Source: Geosiphon pyriformis uo1
Lineage: Eukaryota; Fungi; Glomeromycota
Length of the DNA stretch: 64,000 bases
Direction: 5' to 3'
NCBI GenBank assembly: GCA_016748015.1
Contig: JAAOMT010000602.1
Coordinates: forward strand, 943,696 to 1,007,695
Part shown: positions 12,376-23,500 of the stretch, piece after piece
Layout: each line of letters starts with the position of its first letter
How positions within the stretch are numbered: the first letter of the stretch is position 1
Notes under the pieces: model-generated
Databases searched by the model: none
What the model was told of the DNA's origin: nothing
The model's input: only the letters and a program-made list of their open reading frames with translations
Translations under genes and position numbers: made by a program

Positions 12376-15309
12376 TCCTGTTTCTTAGTGAGGTCAAGAA
12401 GTGTGATAAATGTTTCAGGGTTTGAATCAAAGTTTGAATTATCGTAAATTTCATTGCTATTCAGAATAAAGCTGAAACTATTGTTTTCATCATTATTGTT
12501 GTCAGAGTTTGAATTGGGATTAAAAGTTGATTCCAATTCTAATGTGCAGTTGCTTATTGGTTCATCTTTTTCTGGGATTTGTGTAGATCATGCATAGTGG
12601 TTGATTGTAAATGAGGTCACACTCATTACAATACTGAAAGTCATAGAGAATTAAGCAATGTTGATATAATCAAGTGTTTAACTGCTCTAAATGCTGCTCC
12701 TGTTTTTCTCTAGTAGGTGCCAAATGCTGGTAATGTTCATGAAATTCTTTTGGGTTATTTTTAATGTTGCCAAAGATGTCAAAAGTTTGGATGTATTCGG
12801 GTTCAGGAAAAAATAAAGGGTTGTTTTTGATCTCTAGTGTTCACTGGTGGTCATGCCTTCTGCTTTCGCATACACTATTCTCCATAGTTCATTTTTGTTG
12901 TGGGGATATCCTTCCAATCGTCACAATGCTTGTTTCCAGGCATCATTGATTGGTGTTTCTTTGCTTACCCAATCGTTTATTAATATAGTGTACTGGCATG
13001 TCTCATCACATGTTCTTCTATGTCCAGGAATGTCATTCCACATTCCTTCATCAGGTAAGATAGTTCTACATACAAGACATGGTTGGTTATTCCACTTTTC
13101 TTGTCGTTTTGGTTGTCCAAAGTGCTCTATGACACATGGGTGGTAGTAGAATCTTGTGGCCATAGAGTATTCCTTGTCATTACCACAGCATGCACCCATT
13201 GATGACAATTTCTTGCCACAATCAATGCATTCCAATTTTGGTTGACAATAATTAGATGGTGGTGCTAAAGTGTAAGCATATGAACTATACGTGCTGTTGG
13301 TGAAAGTGGTTTCTTTTTCTTTCTTCTTTTCCTTTCCCTTATTAATTTCTTCCCACTTTCAGTTTGCTGGTTTGTCATGGTCATTATCAGTTTCCTAGTT
13401 TTGGTCAGTATTCTAGGTAAGTTCTTTGTTTTCCTTTCCTTTTCCCTTGTCATCCCAAAAAAGTATTGGTGGTACCTTGTTGTGGTCTTCATCGGCCCAA
13501 GAGACTTGGTACACTTTCCAGATAGGTTTCTCTTTTTCTTCTTCAAATTTGATAAGTGGAGCTGATGGCATGGTGATGGGTTTGAAATGGCCACATGTGA
13601 CTGGTACATGTGTGTGTTGTCTGTTCTGGCTAAGCTGAAGCTCTTGGGTGTTCTAATCAAGTGTCGTGTTGATTTTGGACAGCCAGTCATTACCCACCAA
13701 TACTTGGTATTGAGTGGCTTCCATAATTAATACCTTAATTAATACAGTGATGCCATTGATTTCTATGAGCAAGTTATCTATTTCACCAATTGGAGTCTTG
13801 GTGGCTCCATCAGTAGTGATTATCTTTGCACTGGCAGCTTGATCAACTCAGTGATCTAATTGGTCCATAAGCTGTTTTGTAATGATGCTGCCTGCTGATC
13901 CACTATCTAAGATCAGTTTGATGAACTGACCATCAATTTTGGCATCCATGTACATTACCATGATAGGTTTTTCCTCGAGTGCAGCTCCACTAAACAAAGG
14001 GGTTTCTGTCAGTTCCTCAATTTTGAAAGGAAATATAGCTGCTAGAAACTTGTCTTTCGTGACAGTGGCTGGTAGAATATTGGTAAGTGATTGCTTTTGT
14101 TTGGGTTTCCAAGTGTTGGGTGAGGTGTCTTCTGAGATAGCCAAAAGACTTAAATAGTTCTGGGAACTTGGGTTTTAAGTATACCCAGTTCCTGAACTTC
14201 TCTGTTGTGATCCTGATAACTGGTTGGATGAATTGGAGATTGGTTGGTAAACAACCATTACTGATCTTCAGTTTTAGATGACTCTTGATCTAAGGTTTCC
14301 TGATGTCATTTGAGCTGGGTTTGATGGTGGTGTTTGAACTATGGATGTCTGATAAATTATTTGTGGCTGTGGTGGTTGATATATTATCAGTGACTGTAGT
14401 TGATAAACTGAAGATTGATATATGGGTGGTTGATATATTGGCTGTTGTGTCATTGGCAGGTAAGTTGGTTGATATAGGGCTGAGTTGGATTGGTAACTCA
14501 GAGTTGAGAACCGGCAATTAGGGTTTTGATATTGATTTCCCTTACCTTTAGTTACTTCATTTAGTTTTTAATAGTCCACACAAAAACGGATTTTTCCATT
14601 TTTCTTTTAGACTAGTACCACTGGTGATGATCATAGACTTATTGATAGCTGAATTAGCCCATTGTCAAGTATCTAATTGATTTCTTGACAAATAATCTTA
14701 TGGCTAGCTGGTAGTACTCTGTATGCTCTTTGTTTAATTGGCATTGTATCTCTAATCTTGATCTAATACTGGATGATGTTGGTGTGGCCAAATTCATTTT
14801 CACTAACACAGATGTCATTGAAATTGCTAAGTAATATCTTTAGTTGTATCTGTTGAAATGGGTCTAGATTTTCTATGTTTATCTGTTCCAATTGTTCTGA
14901 TTGGAACAGATAACATTTGCTTCATTCATAGATAATTTGTAATGTAATATCCACATATCCACAAAGCTGTGAAAAATCTGGAATGTGATTTGGTGGTTGA
15001 TCCTCAACTTTGGTGGTTAAATATCCAATGATAATTCCCTTTGGTATTTTAATGACACTTCCCGTTGTATTGTAGATGAGAATTTTGATGTTTTTGGGGC
15101 TTTTGGCTAATATGTAAAGATTAGTGAGTCCAATCTCTCCTGATTCACAAATGGTGGCTTCTGCTTCAAACAACTGAGCTTGATTTTTTACTTCTCTTTT
15201 AATGGCTAACATATACTGGTCATATGGTGAAATAGAAATTGATTGATGGTTTGAGATAATTTCTCCTTTGTCAATAACCTCTTTCTCTGCCATATTAACT
15301 GGTATATCT

Positions 15310-15740
15310 ATTTTATCTATTGATCTGAATCCTTGTATCTTTTTAGTAATAATCCCTAATTCTTCCTTGTTTCCTACTAACACTAACTGAGCTATTTTCA
15401 CCAGAGGTAAGAATATTGTCTGTGCTATCTTTTTATTTAGATCTATGATATATGCTTTTTCTGAGTCATTTTGTAGCATTGCAATAATATTTCTTATGTA
15501 TCCTGTATTAATTATTTCTCCTCTGATGTTGATTCCTTTTTTGGCTAAGCTACTCTTAGATGCTAACTGAACTATTGTTGTTGCTGGAATTTCCAGTACT
15601 ATTTTGAGATCAATGCAAATGTGCAAATTGGGTTCCAATTTAATAGGGTCTTTTCCCAGATATCTTAGATCAAACTCTGCATTAGTATTATGTGCATGTT
15701 CTGGCATAATATCTTCATTGTTGTCACTAAACCATTTTAG
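15310..15740 (-). pseudogene. Second dUTPase domain (in the other Gypsy half)
   Basis: NAEFDL, ASKSSLA, GEIINTGY, KIAQ, KKIQGFRS are decayed versions of dUTPase motifs 1-5. Confidence 0.88.
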
Positions 15741-18700
15741 TTCTTGTTTTTTAGTAAGGTCAGTAAGTGTGATATATGTTTTGGGGTTTAAATCGGAGTC
15801 CAAATTGTTGTTATTTTTGTTGTCATATTGAGTGGAACTAGAACTGTTATTTTTGTCATTGTCATTGTTAGAGTTTAAATTAAAATTAAGAGTTGATTTC
15901 AATTCTGATGTGCAGTGGTTGATTGGTTTATCTTCTTCTGGGATTGTATAAATTATGCATGGTGGGGGATTGTAAATAAAGTCACACTCATTACAATATT
16001 GGAAGTTACATGAAATTAGGCAATGTTAATACAGTTGAGTGTTCAGCTGCTCTAAGCATTGTTTTTGTTCTTCCCTTGTAGACACTAGTCCTTGGTAGTG
16101 TTCATGAAATTGTTCTGAATTCAGGAGGTTTATGACTGGTTTTGGGTTCCAGTCAAGCTTGATGGGCTCTGGTGGGTTGTTCTTGATTTTTCTGATTTCT
16201 TCGGATGATGTTCCTTCTATTTTGGCAATTGCTATTCTTTATATCTCATCATTGTCATGTAGACAACTGTCCAATCACTGTATGGCTCTTCTCCAAGTGG
16301 CTTCTATTGGTGTTCTTTTCCTAACCCAATCGCTGATAAGGATTGTGTACTGGCATGATGCATTGCATGTTCTTCTTTGACCAGGAATGTTGTTTTACAT
16401 TCCTTTATTGAGTAATGTTTCTCCACAAGTTAGACAAGACTCGTTGTCCCATTTTCCTTACTGTTTTGGACATTTAAAGTGTTCTATGACACACGTGTGG
16501 CAGTAAAATTTGGTTGCTGTTGAGTATTCCTCATTGTCACCACAGCATGCACCCATTGATGACAATTTCTTGCCACAATCATTGCATATAAGCTTTGGTC
16601 AATAATAGTTTGGTTGTGGTGGTGTGTAAGTATATGTAGGGTGAGTAGAGGTTGGTATTGAATTTTCTTCTTTCTCTTTCCTTTTCCCTTTACTATTATC
16701 TTTTTCCCATTCCCAAGTTGTTGATAATTTGTCCTGATAATTGTTGGTTTTCTAATTTTGATCATTATCTCATATAGGTTCTTTTTTTTGCTTTCCTTTG
16801 TCTTGGTGGTTCCATAAAGGCACTGGTGGTAATTTGTTGTGCTCATTGTCAGCCCACAAAACTTGATATGCTTCTCAGGTAGGTTTTTCTTTTTCTTTTT
16901 CAAACTCAATGAGTGGTGCTGTTGGCATGGTGATTGGTTTGAAGTAACTACATATGGCTGGTACATATGTGTGTTGACTGTTTTGACTGAGCTAAAACTC
17001 TTGGGTGTTCTAATCAAGTGTCATATGGGTTTTAGACAGCCAGTCATTGCCAATAAGTGCTTGGTACTGGGTGGCTTCTATGACTAATACCTTGATCAAT
17101 ACAATAATGTCATTGACTTCAATGAGTAAAGCATCTATTTTACCAATTAGAGTCTTAATGGCTCCATCAGTGGTGATTATTCTTACACTGACAGCTCGAT
17201 TAACTTGGCGACCTAATTAGTCTATGAGCTGTCTTGTGATGATGCTGCCAGCTGATCCACTATCTAGAATTAGTTTAATGAACTGATCATCAATTTTAGC
17301 ATCAGTGTACATTGTCATGATAGGTTTTTCCTTGAGTGCAGCTCCACTAAACAAAGGGGTTTTTGTTGGTTCTTTGATTTCAAAAGAAAATATAGCTGCT
17401 AAGAACTCATCTTCTATGATAGTGGCTGGCAGAATATTGCTGGTAAGTGGTTGTTTCTGTTTGGATTCCTAATTGTTGGGTAAGGCATCTTCTGGGGTAA
17501 TCAGAAGACTTAAATAGTTTTGGGAACTTGAGTTTTGAGTATATCCAGCTCTTGAACTCTGCTGTCATAATCTTGATGGCTGGTTAGATAAACTGGGGAT
17601 TGGTTGGTAAACAACCATTGCCAATCTTCAGTTTTGGGTGACTCTTAATCTAGGATTTCCTGATGTCATTTGAGCTGAGTTTGATGATGGTGTTTGAACT
17701 GTGGGTGTTTGATAAATTATTTGTGGCTGTGATGGTTGATATATTACTGGTGGCTGCAGTTGATAAACTGGAGGTTGATATACAGGTGATTGATATATTG
17801 GCTGTTGCATCATTGACAAATAAGTCAGTTGATATAGTACTGGGTGGAATTGGTAACTCAGAGTTAAAAACCAGCAATCGGAGTTTTGATATTGATTTCC
17901 CAATCATTAATTATCTATCCTTAACCTACAGTCCATCCTTAAATGTTTTTGTTTACCACAGTAGTGGCAAACACACATCTCCTGCTGCCACTGTGGATTG
18001 GTTGAGAATGATGAACACGACTAATTCTGGAAACAATTCACGTTTTCTTGATTATTGCATTGTTGTAAAGGTTGATAGATTGCCTAATTGTTAGCTAAGT
18101 ATTCCTCTAATTTTTGGTTGATAGAATTACTGAATTGTTTCAACTTAGAATCCAATTCAGATGATCTGTTCATTACTAGATTGACAGCTTGGACATGATT
18201 AGCTTCAAGTTCAGCTGCTTCAAAATCTCTGATGTTTGTAACTGCAGCTTGAAGATCTGCTGGATGCATGAGATATATATGTTGAAGGATGCTACTGTGC
18301 AGACCTCTAATGAATTGATTTAGGATTTGTGGCGCTGTGAAATAATCAGCCTGTATGGCCTGAATTTGGTGCAAATTTCTGTGGAAGTGTCCTAAGTAAG
18401 TAGTAACTGCTTCAGTTTCTCTTTGTTTGATGGTAATAAAAGTGTTTTCTAATCAATTAATGCTGTTATTATTACTAAAATATTGTAGGAATGCAAGCTT
18501 GAATGTATTGAAATCTTGGGGTTTGTTGACTAGGCTTTAATACCATAAATCAGCAGTATCCTAAAGAAAGTAAGAGATGGCTTGGAGGGCTTTCGCATTA
18601 TTCCATCTATTTGCTGTAATGGTCTTTTTAACGTTATTGAGCCATATTTGGGCATTGTTTTCTTCGCCAGTGAACTTTTCAAGTTTCACTATTGGAGCAT

Positions 18701-19745
18701 AGGCCATTGGATCTAAGTTTGGTTGTTGTTGTTGTGGTGATAATTAAATCGGAGGTTGTGGTGGTGCATCAATTGGTAGTGAATTGATGATGATTGCTGG
18801 AGATAAGTGGTGTTGATTATTAATGTTGGGATTTTGATCGTTCTGATTGTACTGCATTTGAAAATTCGGAGTTTCAATTTCCAGATTTTCTAAATTTGGA
18901 TTTTGTTGAGTTTGAAAGTTTGGAGTTTCAATATTCAGGTTCTCTGGAATTGAGTTCTGGTAAGTAAATTCTTGATCTTCAGTTTCTTTTTCCTCTTCTT
19001 CTGATTCCATTATCTTCCAAAAACTTGCATTTCTAAAATCAGGTTGAGGTGGTGGTGATCAGAATCCTGATGGCATTGGTGATTGTGATTTAAATCCTTT
19101 AAAATAATTGCCATAAGTTCCTAGTAATTCTGCTTTTTTTTGTTTACTTTGAAATAGGAGTCATCCAAATGTTGATGTTGCATGTAATGTGGATGCGTCT
19201 GTTGATAAAATGTTAATGGCACTTCTGGATGTATAGTGGTATGATGGGTTTATTGGTGATTCAACTCTGGTTTTCTTCCAAGTGGGTGGTTGTATTTGTT
19301 TTGGTGTTACTGTTGGTGTTTGCAACCTTCTTTTGCCTTTGTTTGCATAGGTGATGGGGAATTGTTGTTGTGTGTATCTTTCAATAGTTTGATTAATTTC
19401 CCTAATGAATTGTTGTTGTGTGTATCTTTCAATAGTTTGATTAATTTCCCTGATGATTAGTGTGAAACTGTAGCTTTTTGGAAAGCTAGTATGTTGAAAT
19501 AATTCTGTATAAAAGTTTTTTCTTGCAGATTGAATGTTAACTGTTCCTCCTAAGCAGTCTGTGATTTTATTGTTGACATAAAAGTTAAAGGCTGATTCTA
19601 CTGAGAAGTGATTATTGTTTAATCCTAATTGTTGGCTGTACTGTTAAAACAAGAATTTGGCAAATCATAAATGGTTTGTTCCTATGATTTCTGATTCTGC
19701 CACTTTTGGATGATTGTTGTTGGTACTGGTTTTCTGTAAGATTAT

Positions 19746-19763
19746 ATCTTACAGGGAGCACCA
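19746..19763 (-). promoter_or_regulatory. Primer binding site (PBS)
   Basis: TGGTGCTCCCTGTAAG lies 2 nt after the LTR end, complementary to a tRNA 3' end ...GGGAGCA-CCA. The tRNA identity was not determined. Confidence 0.85.
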
Positions 19764-19765
19764 AA

Positions 19766-20591
19766 TGTTATAGGTGATTATTTGGGGTCTTAAATCAAAT
19801 AACAAATCCATAACTTAGTGCTTGATTGGTATTCTGGTGTTAATATCTGAAGGTTTTGTTGATCTGAAAATTTTGTTGTAGAGTTCTTTATATAATAGAC
19901 AGAGATTTGATAGTTGTTTTTAGTAGTCTCCTGGAACCACAATTCCGTCAAATTTTTTTCTCAGCGTGGTGGCTGGTAATCCTCCTGGTAAGCTATCCTC
20001 AAATCTATGAGTGTTCTACCCTTAATTTACGGGTCTTTTACCAGTTCCTATGATGTCTATAACTCAGCACTTTAATTCTTAATCAATTAATTAAACAAAA
20101 AAAATACAAAGAAAATAAAAAAAAATAAAGAAATAAACAAGCAATTGCAAGTTAGTATTTCATTAATAGCCATGATCAAGAGCTATTGTTCCAGTGTGAT
20201 TAAGTATCAATTACTATCAACATGAAGTGTTGATAGTAAAGAGTGGGTTGAAATAGTGAATAATTATTTATTAATATTTGTAAATAGAAGGTTTCTAACT
20301 TTTGAATTCTGTCTTTTTCTGCTTCTACCACTACTACTATATATACATAATTGAGATTTCTCAATTTCTTAATTTTTCACATCAGGAATTCTGCAATTCC
20401 TGAAATCCTGCAATTTCTTTTAAGAGAAATTCTGGAATTTTGGAATCTTGCAATTTCTTATACGAGAATTCTGAAATTCCTGGAATCCTGCAATTCCTCT
20501 TGAGAGGAATCCTGGAATTCCACATTTACTATGGCTACTTCTGATTGGCTGATTTATGCTAATATATACTTCCTATATTCTATGAGTAACA
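19766..20591 (-). repeat. 5' LTR, family A (826 bp)
   Basis: TGTTACTCATA...CCTATAACA termini, followed by the PBS. 40-bp GGAATTCC array at 20387-20506. Confidence 0.92.
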
Positions 20592-23500
20592 CCAGAAAGA
20601 AAGGGATCACCATAAACAGCAATCTTAAAAAACAAAAAATCTATTTAAATCAGGCTGTGGTAATTAAGAAAATTCTCATGGACATGCCAAAGGAAATAAT
20701 TGTCACCATGGTGTCTGTATTTGGAGAAATCAAGTCAATCAAGATTCAGCTAATTAGAATATGGTAGAAGACTGTAGTAGAATTCGCTGAATTGAAACAG
20801 GCAGAGCAACTGGCATCAAGATAGTCATTTCTCATTGGGAAAAACTTAGTATGTGTGACTATGGCTGTGAGAGATTGGAATACTTAAATGTCTAGGAATT
20901 GCTTTAAAGTGCTTTTGTTTACTTTGCTAGTAGGAACAACTGCACACAATCTTGGTACTCTTTTGAAAGAGGCTGGTAAAAAAACTTGTGTAATCAATTA
21001 TTTACTGGAGACTGGCAATTGAATTTACTGTACTGTCATTGGTTTTAAATCTAAAAATGAGCTTGAATCTGCATTTTACACTGAACCAATTTTTGGTGGT
21101 GTGAGACTTTCTTTGACCAGATTGGACTTGGTTTGGTATGAAAGATGTGGAAAGTTTGGACACTTAGCCTTAGAATATGATGCTTTTAATGCTCTGGTGT
21201 TTGCTCCTTCTAAAAAAAGCTTTAAAAGAAATGTTTCTGATGTAAGTCATTTTTAATTGGCCAGATTATATGCCAAGAAAAATGTTCTTATCTCTTGCTC
21301 TGCTGCTTTCAATAGCAAGTTATGGGCTCAGGTAGCCTCTTTTGCATCTTCTTTTAGAGATCTTCAATTTTGTTCTGGTTCTGGTTCTGGTTTTTTTCCT
21401 CTTGTTCTGACCAACAATTTATTTTTGAGTACTCATTTGGCCTTTTTAGAATGTTCCTTAAAACTCTTAAGTAATCAGGTTTCTGATATTGTGTGCAAAA
21501 TCAGTGGCATAAAATTGGTGCTTTTGGCCTCCCTTCTTTCTTTTGGTTGTTTGGTTGCCCCAATAAATGTCAACTTAGATTTGAACTCAAATATGGTTTT
21601 GGATGGTTCTGTAATAGTGCCTGTACCTCCCTCTGTTGTTCTGGCTCTGGGCCTTAGTAGCTCAAAAATTTTGATAACTAAGATGGGCTGTTTGGAGTTT
21701 AAGTTGGTGGCTCTTAAAGCCTTAATTGGTTTAGTTTTGGCAAAGTTGGATTAGTTGTGTGCTGGCTTGGGTTTTCAGATGTCTTTTTCTTTTCAATGAG
21801 TGGTTTGATTTGGAAAATTGCTACTTGCAATGTTAGAGAAATGAACAATCCTGCAAAACAGAATGATATTATTTGTTAGCACAAAGACAAAAACAATTTA
21901 GTTTCTATTTTTACAGAATCAAAGTTAAAAGGGAAAGTTTGCTTCTGGATTATCAACAAATTTGGTAATATGCAAGTGTTTACCTCTGGTTTGAAATCTG
22001 GTTATCTAGGTGCTAGTGTTGTGGTCATCATAAACTTTTCTTTGACAAAACATGTGTGCAATATTTTAGAGGTGCCTGGTTGGCTCCTGTCTATCAAGTT
22101 GCTTTTCAAAAATAAACTTTCAGTGTCAATTTTGAGGCTTTATGCTGGTGCTTCTTTGGCAGTTTGGTTTTCTCAGGCTGGTAATGTCAACTTTCTTATT
22201 GCAAAGACTGTTAATAAATCTTCTTTCATCATTTTTGGTGGTAATTTTAATGAAAACAGCTCCCATAAGTGTGCAAGTTTCAAAAAATGCCTTGATTTGG
22301 GGCTGGTTAATTCCTTGGTCAACAGCCCAATTGTAAAAGAGTTTACTTGGACAAATTCTAGAGATGTTATAAAAACAATTGATTATGTGCTTGTTTCCCC
22401 AAATTTGATCAATGTGATAATGCATTGTGATGTTTCAGAAGTCAGTGAGCGTTTTGACATGGATTACTAATTCATTTCTGTGTCTGTGAATTTAAAAGGA
22501 CTTTTAAATACATAGTTGAACTCTTTTTGCAAGCAAGCAAATAAGGATCAATGAAAGTTCGAGTTCAAGAGTGCCAATGAGACTAGATAGAATGATTTTA
22601 AGAATGTCACATCAGCCAATGCAGCAATGTTCTCAAATGAGTTTGCTGCCTCCATGAGATTCTCAGATTTGGATGTAATATAAGATATCATTTACAAGAT
22701 AATAGTTCTCTCAGCTAATAAGATGTTCAAAAAGAAATGGTTTAAGAGCTTTAATAATGTTTTCACTAAGAAATCTTCAAGATTTCACAAGTTGAAGCTT
22801 TTGGTTTCTAGAATTGTTAAGGCTTCACATAAGGAGAGTGTTGTGAATTTTGATTCTTTTATAAGATGCTGGATTTTTTTGGACAATATTAAGACTTCAG
22901 TCATTCAGAATATAATAGACTCTGGTGCTGGCTCTGATCATATCTATTCTGCTCTCTTTGGTGTTAGAAAATCTTACTATACTGCCAAGCTTGCTAAATT
23001 TCTGAGGACTAAAAAGGCAAACATCAGGTTTGCTATTAATAAAAGGATGGAGAGCTTTAAGATTAATAAAGATTATATAATCAGGAGTGTGCTAGAGCAT
23101 CTATTTTACAAAGTGGTACTTAATTATCTGGTGGTTAATAATGAACTGATTTTGAAGTCTGATTTGGTTAAGTCTAAGGTGGATGTGATCATAGAAAGTT
23201 AAACTAAAAAGCATAGAGTAGTAGATAATATCTCTGATAACTGGCATTGTCAATATCAATCTTTGGAGTATGTTTTTAATGAAGCTTTTTCTGGTGTCAT
23301 GTGTTCAATTAAATTTGATAAATTGTTTGGAGTGGTTTCTAATCTGCTTGACAGCAAAGCTGCTGGTTTTTTGGGTGTATTGAATGAGCTTTGAAAGCAT
23401 TGTGATAAGACAGTCTTGAATATGCTTTTAGTGTTTTTGAATTCTTGTTTGTCTAGTGAATTGGTGCTCAGCTCTTGAAAGGAGGCTTGAGTCTTAATGA

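Larger units (their letters stand above)
7110..14542 (-). mobile_element. Ty3/Gypsy element, 3' half (protease, Cys-rich domain, dUTPase, RT, RNase H, integrase, ORF3, PPT, 3' LTR); pseudogenised
   Basis: PR LILDSGSAGS (~13890), RT FCVDYRKFN/FSTLDL/VVYLDN (10866-11230), RH TNAS...ERNY...YTDH (10270-10500), IN HHCC plus LLSDQETHF and HPQTNGLVERFN (9313-9850). The PR-RT-RH-IN order is Gypsy. Confidence 0.92.
14543..20591 (-). mobile_element. Ty3/Gypsy element, 5' half (5' LTR, PBS, gag, protease, Cys-rich domain, dUTPase, start of RT); pseudogenised
   Basis: Gag capsid KFTGEE...QILNQFIRGL (18084-18700), knuckle CHYCGKQKHLRMDC (~17927-17968), LILDSGSAGS (~17250), dUTPase in ORF 14922-15902, RT start RFCVDY-like at ~14575. 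Confidence 0.92.

Noticed and set aside
8713-18094. Numerous plus-strand short ORFs over the Gypsy elements
   Set aside because: Antisense shadows of gag-pol with no independent motifs.
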